This document shows, in pieces, positions 1 through 9,073 of a stretch of 48,871 nucleotides of DNA. Within the stretch, counting starts at the first letter, position 1. Each line of letters begins with the position of its first letter. The notes under the pieces were generated by a model. The model saw nothing but the letters and a program-made list of their open reading frames with translations. It searched no databases and was not told the origin of the DNA. The stretch is from an uncultured Bacillota bacterium (lineage in GTDB: Bacteria; Bacillota; Clostridia; Christensenellales; UBA1242). The translations under genes and the position numbers were made by a program. The stretch is from contig URAC01000001.1 of the NCBI GenBank assembly GCA_900545735.1, positions 1-48,871 on the forward strand. The letters run 5' to 3'.

Positions 1-48
1 CGAGATCATGCCTAGTCTCGTGGGCTCGGAGATGTGTATAAGAGACAG
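1..48. other. Illumina Nextera adapter remnant (i7 side), not genomic
   Basis: Reads CGAGAT-CATGCCTA-GTCTCGTGGGCTCGG-AGATGTGTATAAGAGACAG. This is the tail of the P7 primer, an 8-nt index, the Nextera read-2 adapter and the 19-nt transposase mosaic end. Confidence 0.95.
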
Positions 49-813
49 AATATAACTAGCCACTTCATCTTCAAATTCAGTAGGAAAGGCTCCACTACCC
101 ACTCTTGTGGAATAGGCTTTTGCTACACCTATAATATCTTTTATATGAGTTGGACCAACTCCACTGCCAATACAAACCCCACCACCTGAAGGATTTGATG
201 ATGTAACAAAAGGATAAGTACCAAAATCGATGTCTAATAAAGCTCCTTGTGCTCCTTCAAATAAGATTTTTTTACCCTCTTTTACTGCATCATTTAAAAG
301 TGTAATTGTATCGGTTACATATGGTTTTATTTCATCAGCAAGTTTTTGATATTCCTCATAACTTTTTTCAATATCAAAAACCTTACCACCATATGTTCTA
401 ATTTGTTCGTTTTTTATTTTTAAAGTTTCTTTATACATTTTTTCAAAATCATTGCTTATCAAGTCACCCACTCTAATGCCTTGACGAGCCATTTTATCGG
501 TATAGCAAGGACCAATCCCTTTTTTCGTCGTACCTATTTTATTTGCTCCCAAAAATTCTTCACTCAAACCATCTAATTCTTTATGATAATCAAAAATAAC
601 ATGAGCACGATCACTAATATAAAGATTATTACAAGAAAATCCTTTATCTTTTAAATTTTTAACTTTTCCTACTTCTTTTACAATCTTAACTTTTTTATCT
701 TCAAAGAATGCCACTCCTGCTGAATCATATCCGCGATATTCCAAAAGTTCTAGCCCATTAATTAAAATTGGCACAGTTTTGCTTGTGCCAACACAACCAA
801 AAATTCCACACAT
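49..813 (-). pseudogene. Chimeric ORF, open at the adapter: GlmS N-terminus (~57 aa) fused in frame to an internal part of adenylosuccinate synthetase (PurA)
   Basis: My minus-strand translation from ATG 813-811 gives MCGIFGCVGTSKTVPILINGLELLEYRGYDSAGVAFFEDKKVKIVKEVGKVKNLKDK, the class-II glutamine amidotransferase/GlmS start. It then runs without a stop into NNLYISDRAHVIFDYHKELD...KIGTTKKGIGPCYTDKMARQGIRVGDL...FEGAQGALLDIDFGTYPFVTSSNPSGGG...KAYSTRVGSGAFPTE, which are PurA core motifs. The PurA N-terminal P-loop region is absent. The junction is at about 631-642. Confidence 0.7.
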
Positions 814-881
814 ATATGCTCCTTAGTTTATCCCCTAAACTATTCTATGCATTAAGTGTGGAATTGGTTTTTATATGTTTT

Positions 882-1505
882 TTAAAAGAGATAATCAAAT
901 GTTTTTCTCTCATCTTTAATTTTAGTTTTAAAGTTATGACCTGGATATACATCTAATTCTTCATCTAAGTTTAATAAAGTTTTTAAACTGTTTTTCATAT
1001 CTTCAACTGATGAAGTTGGCAAATCGCACCTGCCGCAAGTTTGATAAAAAAGTGTATCTCCGGAAAATAGTGCTTTACTTCCATCATTATCTTCAATCAA
1101 ATAACTGACGGAACAATCTGTATGCCCTGGCGTAAAGATAACATTAACTTTCAAAAATCCAAAATCTATGGTCTGCTTATCTTGCAAGATTACTTGTTTA
1201 GAATTTTCCAGCTTTGAATTTACAGGCCTATCGAGAGAAAATTGCTTTTCGCTTAATTTGATTTTTTGAAACGCCAATTCGTGTGAATAAACCTTTGCGT
1301 TAAATTCTTGGACAAATTCGTCAATGTGTTGCGCGTGGTCCCAATGTCCGTGTGTTAAAAATATTGCTGCGACCTTTCTCCCATTGACAATCGCTTTTAT
1401 ATCTCTTGGCATTGCACTTGCCTCAATTAAAATTACATTGTTGTCATCTCCAACAATGTAATTATTTGTATTTAATAGACTTCCGCCAACTGTTTGAATT
1501 TTCAT
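882..1505 (-). CDS. MBL-fold metallo-hydrolase (glyoxalase II-like)
   Basis: 207-aa ORF with the HxHxDH motif (LTHGHWDHAQH) and downstream PGHT and GD..F motifs. Its start codon abuts the secA stop codon. Confidence 0.8.
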   Translation of the reverse strand: MKIQTVGGSLLNTNNYIVGDDNNVILIEASAMPRDIKAIVNGRKVAAIFLTHGHWDHAQHIDEFVQEFNAKVYSHELAFQKIKLSEKQFSLDRPVNSKLENSKQVILQDKQTIDFGFLKVNVIFTPGHTDCSVSYLIEDNDGSKALFSGDTLFYQTCGRCDLPTSSVEDMKNSLKTLLNLDEELDVYPGHNFKTKIKDERKTFDYLF

Positions 1506-4175
1506 TTATCTACCACAACAATTTTTATATTTCTTTCCGCTTCCGCAAGGGCAAGGAGAATTTCTTCCAATTTTAGTTTCTGCCTTTGCTGTTTTTTGTT
1601 CAACAACAATTATAGGTTTTGCAACCTGCTTAGGTTCTGGCTTTTTCTCAACATTGATGTTTAAAAGGAAAAGCGCTGTTTGTTCTCTAATCTTTGAAAT
1701 CATTTCATCAAACATTTCAAAGCCAATTTGTTTGTATGCAATTATTGGGTCGTGTTGTCCATAGCCTTGCAAGCCAATTTCGTTTCTTAAAACCGTCATT
1801 TGGTCGATGTGGTCCATCCATAAACTATCAACAACTCTTAAAAGAACATATCTTTCAAAGTCTGAGAAGTTTGCTCCAATGCTTTCGGCATCAGCCATTT
1901 TTTCGTTATATCTATCATAAACGGCATTAAGCACTTTTTCTGTTAAGTCTTCTGCATCTAAGTCGTGAACAAATTCTTTTGTGATTAAATCTGTTCCATA
2001 TGGGAATAGCTGCTTTCTTTCAAGTGCAGCGTTTAAAGCATCTAAGTCCCATTCGCTATACAATTTATCTGGATTGATTGCAGAGTTGATTGCATCACTT
2101 ACAAGTTCTGGGAACATTGCTATGATTTGTTCGTGGCTGTCGACGCCATCTAAAACTTTGTTCCTTTCATCATAGATTATATGCCTTTGTTTGTTCAAAA
2201 CATCGTCATATTGCAAAACGCTTTTTCTTGCAGTAAAATGCCTCATTTCGATGCGTTTTTGAGCATTTTCTATTTGATTTGACAACATTTTATATTGCAT
2301 TGGCATATCGTCATCAACTTTAAAGAAGTTTGCCACTTTAAGCATTTTATCGCCACCAAAACGCTTAGCCAAATCATCTTCTAGGGAAATATAGAATATG
2401 CTTGAACCTGGGTCGCCCTGTCTTCCGCTACGGCCACGCAACTGATTGTCTATACGCCTACTTTCGTGCCTTTCCGTTCCAACAATATGCAAGCCACCAA
2501 GTTCTTTAACTTCTTCTTTTTCTTTATCTGTGATTTCTTTAAATTGTGTATAGAATTTTTGATATTCTTTTCTAGCATTTATCAAATCTTCGTTATCGCT
2601 TTCAATGAAAGAATTAGCGAAAGAAATTTGTTCTTCTGTGAAGCCTTCTTCACGAAGTTTTTTTATTGCCATAAATTCTGGATTGCCGCCAAGCAAAATA
2701 TCTGTTCCACGGCCAGCCATATTTGTTGCAATAGTGACCATATTTTTTCTGCCTGCTTGTGCAACAATTTCACTTTCAAGTTCGTGATTTTTAGCATTCA
2801 AAACATTATGTTTAATGCCAGCGCGTTTCAATGCGCTTGAAAGCTCTTCAGACTTATCAATGGTTATTGTGCCAATAAGGATTGGTTGACCTGTTGAATG
2901 AATTTCTTTTATGTGCTCAACAATGGCCTTTGTTTTTGCTGGAATTGTCTTATAAATAACATCTGGAGCATCATAGCGAATGTTTGGCTTGTTTGAAGGA
3001 ATTTGAACGACGTCAAGGCCATAAATTGTTGTAAATTCACCTTCTTCCGTTTTTGCTGTTCCTGTCATACCACTTAATTTTTTATACATTCTAAAGAAAT
3101 TTTGGAATGTTATTGTAGCAAGCGTTTTATTTTCATCTTTAATTTCAACGCCTTCTTTTGCTTCAATCGCTTGATGAAGACCGTCAGAATAGCGCCTTCC
3201 TTTCATTATTCTTCCAGTAAATTCATCAACAATCAAAATTTCGCCATCTTTAACAATGTAATTTTCATCTTTAATCATAATAAAGTTGGCTTTTAAAGCG
3301 TTGTTGATATGATGGTTCAATTCAATGTTTTCAACATCTGAAATATTGTCAACTGCAAAATAGCGCTCTGCTTTTGCAACTCCGCTTTCTGTTAAGTTGA
3401 TTGCTTTGCTTTTTAAATCAATTTCATAATCTTCTTCTTTCAAAGTTTTAGCAAATCTTTGAGCAGAATGATAAACTTCGCTAGATTTCATTCCCCTGCC
3501 GCTTATGATAAGTGGAGTTCTTGCTTCATCAATCAAAATGCTATCCACTTCGTCCACGATTGCAAAGTTATATCCGCGTGCAACTCGATCTTCCTTTCTA
3601 ACGACCATATTATCACGAAGATAATCGAAGCCTGCTTCGTTGTTTGTCAAATAAGTTATATCGCAATCATACGCTTTGCGTTTTGCTGCAGTGTCCATTC
3701 CGCTAAGCGAAACACCAACAGTTAAGCCCAAAAATTTATGGACTTTTCCCATCCATTCAGCATCACGCTCTGCAAGATATTCGTTGACTGTAACAACGTG
3801 AACACCCTTTCCTGTTAGTGCATTTAAATATGCAGGCAAGGTTGAAACTAGGGTTTTACCTTCACCTGTGCCCATTTCTGCAATTCTGCCTTGATGCAAG
3901 GCAATACCGCCCATAATTTGGACGTAAAAGTGGCGCATATTTAAAACCCTTGATGCTGCTTCTCTAACATTTGCAAACGCTTCTGGCAAAACTGAATTTA
4001 AGCTTTCGCCGTCAACTTGAACTCTATGTTTTAACTCTTCTGTTTTTGCTTTTAATTCTTCATTTGTTTTGTTTTTATACTCTTCTTCTAAAGCGACAAC
4101 TTTATCTGCTATTCTTCTAATTTTTTTCAAACTGCGAGAATTATCACTGCCAAATATTTTTGTAAACAATCCCAT
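1506..4175 (-). CDS. secA: Preprotein translocase ATPase SecA
   Basis: Has the Walker A MGTGEGKTL, the DEVDSILIDEARTPLIISG motif and the C-terminal zinc motif CPCGSGKKYKNCCG. I trimmed the start to ATG 4175 (MGLFTKIFG), which has AGGAG 5 nt upstream. The track start at 4190 is a TTG inside that RBS. Confidence 0.97.
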   Translation of the reverse strand: MGLFTKIFGSDNSRSLKKIRRIADKVVALEEEYKNKTNEELKAKTEELKHRVQVDGESLNSVLPEAFANVREAASRVLNMRHFYVQIMGGIALHQGRIAEMGTGEGKTLVSTLPAYLNALTGKGVHVVTVNEYLAERDAEWMGKVHKFLGLTVGVSLSGMDTAAKRKAYDCDITYLTNNEAGFDYLRDNMVVRKEDRVARGYNFAIVDEVDSILIDEARTPLIISGRGMKSSEVYHSAQRFAKTLKEEDYEIDLKSKAINLTESGVAKAERYFAVDNISDVENIELNHHINNALKANFIMIKDENYIVKDGEILIVDEFTGRIMKGRRYSDGLHQAIEAKEGVEIKDENKTLATITFQNFFRMYKKLSGMTGTAKTEEGEFTTIYGLDVVQIPSNKPNIRYDAPDVIYKTIPAKTKAIVEHIKEIHSTGQPILIGTITIDKSEELSSALKRAGIKHNVLNAKNHELESEIVAQAGRKNMVTIATNMAGRGTDILLGGNPEFMAIKKLREEGFTEEQISFANSFIESDNEDLINARKEYQKFYTQFKEITDKEKEEVKELGGLHIVGTERHESRRIDNQLRGRSGRQGDPGSSIFYISLEDDLAKRFGGDKMLKVANFFKVDDDMPMQYKMLSNQIENAQKRIEMRHFTARKSVLQYDDVLNKQRHIIYDERNKVLDGVDSHEQIIAMFPELVSDAINSAINPDKLYSEWDLDALNAALERKQLFPYGTDLITKEFVHDLDAEDLTEKVLNAVYDRYNEKMADAESIGANFSDFERYVLLRVVDSLWMDHIDQMTVLRNEIGLQGYGQHDPIIAYKQIGFEMFDEMISKIREQTALFLLNINVEKKPEPKQVAKPIIVVEQKTAKAETKIGRNSPCPCGSGKKYKNCCGR

Positions 4176-4278
4176 AGTAACTCCTAACAATTTGTATTAT
4201 ATTATAAACAAAAATTTTTGCAAAACAAAAAAGCGCTTTCGCGCCTTTTTTAGAACTTAATTTGTCGAAGATATGCGA

Positions 4279-4776
4279 CTAGTCGTCATCGTCGTCATCA
4301 TCATCGTAGTCGTCATCATCGTCATAATCGTCATCGTCGTCTTCGTCTTCAAATTCTTCATCTTCTGCTTCTTCGTCATCTCCAAAATCCATATCTTCGT
4401 CAATATCTGGAAGGTCTGAATCGTCGATTTCTAAATCATCATCTAAATCTGTGTTGTCTAAATCAGTGATACTTGCCATATCGCCAGTTTCTTCATCGCT
4501 TGAAATGTTATCTTCGTCTGGATTGAGATATGAATCCCACTCATCATCATCGTGAGAAACAATAACATCTTCTAAAGAACGCTCTTTGATGCATTGCTTG
4601 CACATAATTTCGTCTGGCCTAATATAATTGGTTTTGCATATTGGGCACATTTCCAAATCCATATCATCGATATTGTTTGGGTCAGCATTCAATTCTGCTT
4701 TACAAACTGAACAAAGTTTGTCTTTCTTTTTAATATAATTCAATTCGCATCTAGGGCAACGGATATATTCACTCAT
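4279..4776 (-). CDS. Small zinc-ribbon protein with an extremely acidic poly-Asp C-terminal tail
   Basis: Four CxxC pairs (CPRC, CSVC, CPIC, CKQC) in the N-terminal half. The C-terminal ~70 aa are almost only D/E and end in DDDDDYDDDDDYDDDDDDDD. Confidence 0.6.
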   Translation of the reverse strand: MSEYIRCPRCELNYIKKKDKLCSVCKAELNADPNNIDDMDLEMCPICKTNYIRPDEIMCKQCIKERSLEDVIVSHDDDEWDSYLNPDEDNISSDEETGDMASITDLDNTDLDDDLEIDDSDLPDIDEDMDFGDDEEAEDEEFEDEDDDDDYDDDDDYDDDDDDDD

Positions 4777-4999
4777 AAAACCTCACTTTTATTTTTCGCA
4801 AGTATTATATACACAAGATTTGCTCTTGTCTACTAATTTTAAGCAATTTCTTTCTTTTTTTGTTATATTTTTTCAAAAAAAATGTAAAATAATTCTTGAA
4901 TGTATATAAATATATTAATAAAATTTAAAAAAACTCTATACAATTTGAAAAATCTATGTTATACTAACTTAACTCAAAAGACAAATTTGGAGGAAGAAC

Positions 5000-7663
5000 A
5001 TGAATTTATACTTTATAGCAGGTTCTGTCGGAGACGCCATTAAAAATTGGTTTCAAGGTTGGTTCGGAGCGCTTTTATCTTTTATTCCTAAAATCTTTTA
5101 TCAACTTTTAACACCAGTTTTTGCAGTTCTTGATGCTCTTCAATGGATTATGCGTAAAGTCGCAGGGTTAGACACAATTTATATGTTTAATGGTGCAGAA
5201 AATGTTGATGGCGATATCGTTATTCAATTCATCAATATGATATTCACAGGTTCCTCCCCTGTTCTATCAAATATATTTTGGTCAATGATTATCTTGGGTG
5301 TGCTTATGCTCATTTTAACAACTATGATTGCAGTTGTTAGAAGTGAATATACAGCAACAGATGCTAAATCCGCATCAAAAGGCAAAATTATAGGCAATTC
5401 TTTGAAAGCACTTGCATCTTTTGCAATCGTTCCTATCGTATGTTTCTTTGGAATCTTCCTATGCAATGTTATCTTGCAAGCACTGGACAAAGTTTCAAAC
5501 GCATCAACAAGCGTTACTTCAGCGGATATTAATGCAAGTTATTTTAAATCGGAAAGGACAACTACTGGCGATGAAACTTATTACAACTACACTTTCTTTG
5601 GATATACAGTTCCCACAACAACAACGCCAATTTCAGGCCTAGTTTTCAAAGCAGCAGCATATAACGCAAATCGTGCGAGAATAAACGATAAATTTTATAA
5701 AACAATGTTAGACAACGAAAAGGTTTCTGCTAATGGTGCTTTCACCCAAAACAAAGGAACTGACGCAAATTCCGCATCGCAAAACTGCTGGCTTATGGAC
5801 GAAGCCTTTGCAAATTGCTTCCAATTAAAATCTAAAACATATATAGATAGGGAGCCATTTAAAACAGAACATATGTTCCCAATAACGCTTAATGCGGGTG
5901 TTACAATCATTGAACAATCGCTAATTGAATCGGGCTATACATATTTTGATAAAAACAACACAGCGCTGGTTTGGTATTATTATGACCTTTGGTCGTTCGA
6001 TTTTATTATCGCGATTGGTGCACTTATTATTATATTAGTCCTGTTGTTGTATTTGGTATTTGGACTAATCAAGAGGATTTTTGAATTGGTAATCTTGTTC
6101 CTCGTTGCCGCCCCTGTAGCATCAATAATGCCACTAGACGGCGGAAATGCGCTTAAAAAATGGCGTGAAAAGTTTGTTTCAAAAACAATCGGCGTTTATG
6201 GGCCTATCATTGGTTTGAACTTATTCTTTGTTATATTAACTTTGTTACAAACTTTGCAATTAACTGGCATTCCTATCATAGATAAAATAGCCAACTTGCT
6301 GTTTGTTATCGCAGGCCTTGCAATGGTTAAAGACTTTACTAAGATGCTTTCCGAACTTATTGGCGGCGAAGACACAATGGGCTCAGGTGCAGATAAAGCA
6401 AAAGATATTGGTGCAACGGCCGCTAAAATAGGTAAAACTGCAGCAGCATTTGCTGGTGGCAGCGCAATGGTAATGAAAGCCGGCAGCCTTGGCGTTAAAG
6501 GCGCACAAGCCACACAAGCCGTTGTAAACAAACACAAAAAAACACAAGCAATGGAAGGCACAGGCAGATATTCAAAAGATTCTCAATCATATCAAAATTC
6601 ACTCGATAATATAGCAGATGGTGTATCCGATGATGAAATTTTAACGGCAGCAGCAGAAACAGTGTCAGACCAAGATGCAGTAAAATGGCTAGGAAGTGAT
6701 AAAAAAGCATTAAACAAATATGCAAAAAATCACAATATCGATAAAGTTAAGCCTGGAGAATCAGAAAATGCAGTTTGGGATAAAATGACTGACGAAGAAA
6801 AAGCTGAATTTAAACACGAATTTGCTTCAAGAAATGTTTCTAAAATGACCGAAGAAGATAAAAAGAGAACTTTGCAAGGCCTTAAAGAAACTGGACAAGA
6901 AGAAAAATTTAGACGTGCTGCAGCAGAGAACAAATTAGAGAGTATGTCATGGCAAAATAGACAAGGCGTTATTGATGCTAACTATCGCTCTCGTGGACAA
7001 AATGAAAGAATTAGAAACCGTGCAATAGCCGCTGCTGGTGGCCTAGAAAATTATAGGAATATGAGTTCAGAAGAACGCAATGCCCTATACAATGAATCAA
7101 AACACGGAAATTGGCAAAACAAAGTTGGAAAAGGCATTGAACAAAGAATGCAAGGAATTGCTCAAAATTCAACATTTAATGTTGCTTTAAGAAAGGCCAC
7201 AATAGATGGCGGAAAAATTGAGTTAGGTTCAAAGCCAAGTGAAGCACTTGCTAAAGCATTCTTGGATTTCGGCAAAAAATGTGGTTCATTTGCCCAACAC
7301 ACAATGGCAGCAATGTCCGGCCCAATGATGGGTGAAATGAAAGGTCTTGGTGGCGATATGATATCAATCGCACAAGGCAAACTTAAAAAAGATATGGATT
7401 TGGCTTCTGAAGTTAAAAATCAAAAGAAACTTGCATCTGCTCAAGGTTTAGCACAAGAAAGTCTTGGTTTAGGCGGTGCAAATAAAAAACAAGCTGAACC
7501 ACCACCAAAACAAAGACCTACTGAATTGTCAGAAGCAAGCATAAAACAACTTGCAAATGCAATTAACTCAAATGCTAACAAATCAAACTCAGTTAAACTT
7601 GATGACGCAAGCATTAACAAACTTGGTTCCACAATAGCAGAAAAATTAAATAAAAAAGATTAA
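5000..7663 (+). CDS. Polytopic membrane protein, paralogue of the ICE VirB6-like protein, with a ~400-aa hydrophilic K/E/A/G-rich C-terminal extension
   Basis: GGAGG lies 6 nt upstream of the ATG. It aligns block by block with ORF 29407-30813. Examples: VRSEY...KSASKGKIIGNSLKALASFAIVPIV vs IRSEY...KKSKGQILGKAFQSFAIFLMVPFI, and FGLIKRIFELVILFLVAAPVASIMPLDGGNALKKWREKFVSKTIGVYGPIIGLNLFFVI vs VTFIQRIFDIVLLYIISPISVSTIPVDDGNRFKIWRDMTISKVLGAYGIILSMNLFFII. Confidence 0.75.
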   Translation: MNLYFIAGSVGDAIKNWFQGWFGALLSFIPKIFYQLLTPVFAVLDALQWIMRKVAGLDTIYMFNGAENVDGDIVIQFINMIFTGSSPVLSNIFWSMIILGVLMLILTTMIAVVRSEYTATDAKSASKGKIIGNSLKALASFAIVPIVCFFGIFLCNVILQALDKVSNASTSVTSADINASYFKSERTTTGDETYYNYTFFGYTVPTTTTPISGLVFKAAAYNANRARINDKFYKTMLDNEKVSANGAFTQNKGTDANSASQNCWLMDEAFANCFQLKSKTYIDREPFKTEHMFPITLNAGVTIIEQSLIESGYTYFDKNNTALVWYYYDLWSFDFIIAIGALIIILVLLLYLVFGLIKRIFELVILFLVAAPVASIMPLDGGNALKKWREKFVSKTIGVYGPIIGLNLFFVILTLLQTLQLTGIPIIDKIANLLFVIAGLAMVKDFTKMLSELIGGEDTMGSGADKAKDIGATAAKIGKTAAAFAGGSAMVMKAGSLGVKGAQATQAVVNKHKKTQAMEGTGRYSKDSQSYQNSLDNIADGVSDDEILTAAAETVSDQDAVKWLGSDKKALNKYAKNHNIDKVKPGESENAVWDKMTDEEKAEFKHEFASRNVSKMTEEDKKRTLQGLKETGQEEKFRRAAAENKLESMSWQNRQGVIDANYRSRGQNERIRNRAIAAAGGLENYRNMSSEERNALYNESKHGNWQNKVGKGIEQRMQGIAQNSTFNVALRKATIDGGKIELGSKPSEALAKAFLDFGKKCGSFAQHTMAAMSGPMMGEMKGLGGDMISIAQGKLKKDMDLASEVKNQKKLASAQGLAQESLGLGGANKKQAEPPPKQRPTELSEASIKQLANAINSNANKSNSVKLDDASINKLGSTIAEKLNKKD

Positions 7664-7664
7664 A

Positions 7665-7696
7665 AGAAAAAGGTTGATTAAATTCAACCTTTTTTA
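7665..7696. terminator. Bidirectional rho-independent terminator between convergent genes
   Basis: Stem AGGTTGA (7671-7677) pairs with TCAACCT (7684-7690). An A-run lies on one side and a T-run on the other. Confidence 0.65.
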
Positions 7697-8470
7697 ATTT
7701 AATGTTTTTAAAAGTTCATTGAATATGATGATATGGTCTTGTTCATCTAATATAATCCTTTCAAACAGCGCCGCCAAACTTGCGTTGCAAGTCTTTGCTG
7801 CCGCAATCTGATAGTTCCTTATCGCCTTTTCCTCTCCCCTTATATTTGAAAGCAATATTTCTCTTGGATTTTTTAATTGAACAATATTTCTGCCCGTCCA
7901 AACATTTCCACGCCCATCTGTCAAATTCGGATTTCCACCAAAATCCACAATCGCTTCGGAAAGCAAATCAAAGTGCGTCATTTCGACTATTGCAATTTGT
8001 CTTAACGCTTCCGCGATTTCTGGATATTCATCTTGCAAAATGAAATCTTGATATAGATATGTATTAATAGCACTAAACTCACTATCTTTAGATGATACTT
8101 GCCATTTAATTAACTTGACTTCATACATACTTGGATACGCGTTTGTAATTTCTGGATATGGCTCATTTGATGAATAAACAAAATTTGAAGCATCTGGCTG
8201 AGATGGAGATAATGGCTGTTGTGGCTGAGTTGGAGTTTCTGGCAACGAAGTTGTTGGCTGCTGTGGCATTGTTGGCTGCTGAGGTGCATCAGTGCCAGTT
8301 GGTTGTGCTTGGTCTGGAACTTCTGGTGTGGTTGGTTGAGGCTCAGTAGGCGTCACAGGATTTTCTGCTGGGTCGCCAACATTTTCTTGATTTTCTTCTT
8401 CCCTTTTAATTTTACTTTTACGTTCATAAATTTCCTTCTTACAAGTTGGAATTATTGTTTGTTTTAACAT
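7694..8470 (-). CDS. Ferritin-like (Mn-catalase/CotJC-like) domain protein with a P/T/Q-rich low-complexity N-terminal region
   Basis: The C-terminal ~150 aa carry ferritin-like four-helix motifs (EMTHFDLLSEAI..GGNP, GEEKAIRNYQ, DEQDHIIIF). Residues ~28-95 are a PTQ-rich repeat. Confidence 0.5.
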   Translation of the reverse strand: MLKQTIIPTCKKEIYERKSKIKREEENQENVGDPAENPVTPTEPQPTTPEVPDQAQPTGTDAPQQPTMPQQPTTSLPETPTQPQQPLSPSQPDASNFVYSSNEPYPEITNAYPSMYEVKLIKWQVSSKDSEFSAINTYLYQDFILQDEYPEIAEALRQIAIVEMTHFDLLSEAIVDFGGNPNLTDGRGNVWTGRNIVQLKNPREILLSNIRGEEKAIRNYQIAAAKTCNASLAALFERIILDEQDHIIIFNELLKTLN

Positions 8471-8579
8471 CGCACGCTCCCATTTTTTAATCTCTTAACA
8501 TATATGAAAAAAGACCTATTATTGTTAAATGCACAAAATATTCAACTTTATCATATAAGAAAATAAATAAGGGGATTTT

Positions 8580-9047
8580 ATGAACTATGATGATTTTTTA
8601 TTGCCTGGACAGGCTGAATTTGAAAAACTTGCCAAGGCTTATTCATCAAAAAAACAATTAGCAGAAGTTAAAACAGACAATGTTGAAATTAACCCTGCAC
8701 TGCTTGATAGCATTTGTTATTCATTAAAATACTTGAATTGGCTATATACATATATAAAAAGAAATTTGAGAAAAAACAAATTGCGCTTGTTATTTGAAAA
8801 TTTGGCAAAGCAAACGGAATTGGATTTTATTGAAATTGAAAAAAACTTCTATGATTCGTCCAAGATAATCAAATTAACAAAAAATAGGCGTTTAAACAGC
8901 CTAAATTCGTGTTTAAAGCTTGCAATTTATTCGGAGGCAGAGTTAGTCGAAAATTTGATTAATCTCTTTAAATGCGGAGATTTGGCATTTGCTGAGCCTA
9001 TTATATTTAATCATATAGAATATATTAAAAAATTATCTACAATATAA
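8580..9047 (+). CDS. Hypothetical protein (155 aa)
   Basis: Clean ORF with GGGG/A-rich sequence upstream, followed by a terminator hairpin. I recognise no motif. Confidence 0.4.
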   Translation: MNYDDFLLPGQAEFEKLAKAYSSKKQLAEVKTDNVEINPALLDSICYSLKYLNWLYTYIKRNLRKNKLRLLFENLAKQTELDFIEIEKNFYDSSKIIKLTKNRRLNSLNSCLKLAIYSEAELVENLINLFKCGDLAFAEPIIFNHIEYIKKLSTI

Positions 9048-9073
9048 AAAATCCACGTTATGTGGATTTTTTT
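9047..9073. terminator. Bidirectional terminator hairpin
   Basis: AAAA-ATCCAC-gttat-GTGGAT-TTTTTTT lies between convergent ORFs. Confidence 0.65.

Noticed and set aside
768-956. 62-aa plus-strand ORF spanning the glmS-like start and the MBL hydrolase end
   Set aside because: It overlaps two better-supported minus-strand genes and has a hydrophobic low-complexity translation.
1694-4260. Multiple 60-124-aa plus-strand ORFs inside secA (e.g. 2466-2840, 3459-3725)
   Set aside because: They are antisense shadow ORFs within a gene whose product is unmistakably SecA along its full length.
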